Positions 63,871-64,000 of a stretch of DNA of 64,000 nucleotides are shown here, in pieces. Made by a program: the position numbers and the translations under genes. This stretch comes from Octopus sinensis (taxonomy: Eukaryota): assembly GCF_006345805.1 (NCBI RefSeq), contig NC_043013.1, forward strand, positions 35,464,001 through 35,528,000, given 5' to 3'. How positions within the stretch are numbered: position 1 is the first letter of the stretch; every line of letters starts with the position of its first letter. The notes under the pieces were generated by a model that worked only from the letters and a program-made list of their open reading frames with translations, was not told the DNA's origin and ran no database searches.

Positions 63871-64000
63871 GTGTCAATGAAGGGTTTCCTCTTTTGTCTT
63901 TTTTTGTTTTTCCTTATGGAGAGAGTGTTTTATCCCTTCCGCATGATAAAGTTCTACCACATTCTTGAAGACTAAGAAAGACAGTTTATTGTGAGTGGAT

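Noticed and set aside
61440-63975. Many 100-300 aa ORFs rich in C/V/Y/H/T (also around 12-14, 18-19, 25, 46 and 52 kb)
   Set aside because: Dinucleotide and tetranucleotide microsatellite translations.

Overview
AT-rich, repeat-saturated animal genomic DNA. The SINE families and compound TA/CA/GATA/CAT microsatellites look like those of Octopus (coleoid cephalopod); this is an inference from repeat recognition, not a database match. No host protein-coding gene can be called with confidence, and nearly all ORF-track entries are translations of microsatellites or SINEs. The main real coding signal is a nearly intact minus-strand Penelope-like retroelement (PLE, ~1391-4640). It encodes RT (YRDD) plus a GIY-YIG endonuclease split by one frameshift, carries a minimal type I hammerhead ribozyme near its 3' end, and sits inside the internal (TA)n tract of a SINE. 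Five copies of a separate ~190-bp element are also embedded in (TA)n-type tracts. That element has a defined 5' end and a hammerhead-like motif with a non-canonical core, and one copy starts exactly at the predicted cleavage site. Together these suggest a (TA)n-targeted, ribozyme-processed PLE/non-autonomous element system. The window also holds decayed PLE, RTE, R4/Dong-like, mariner, DD37D, hAT, pogo-like and piggyBac-like remnants, a 1.74-kb tandem duplication, a ~450-bp palindrome, and a minisatellite made of STAT/kB-like motifs.
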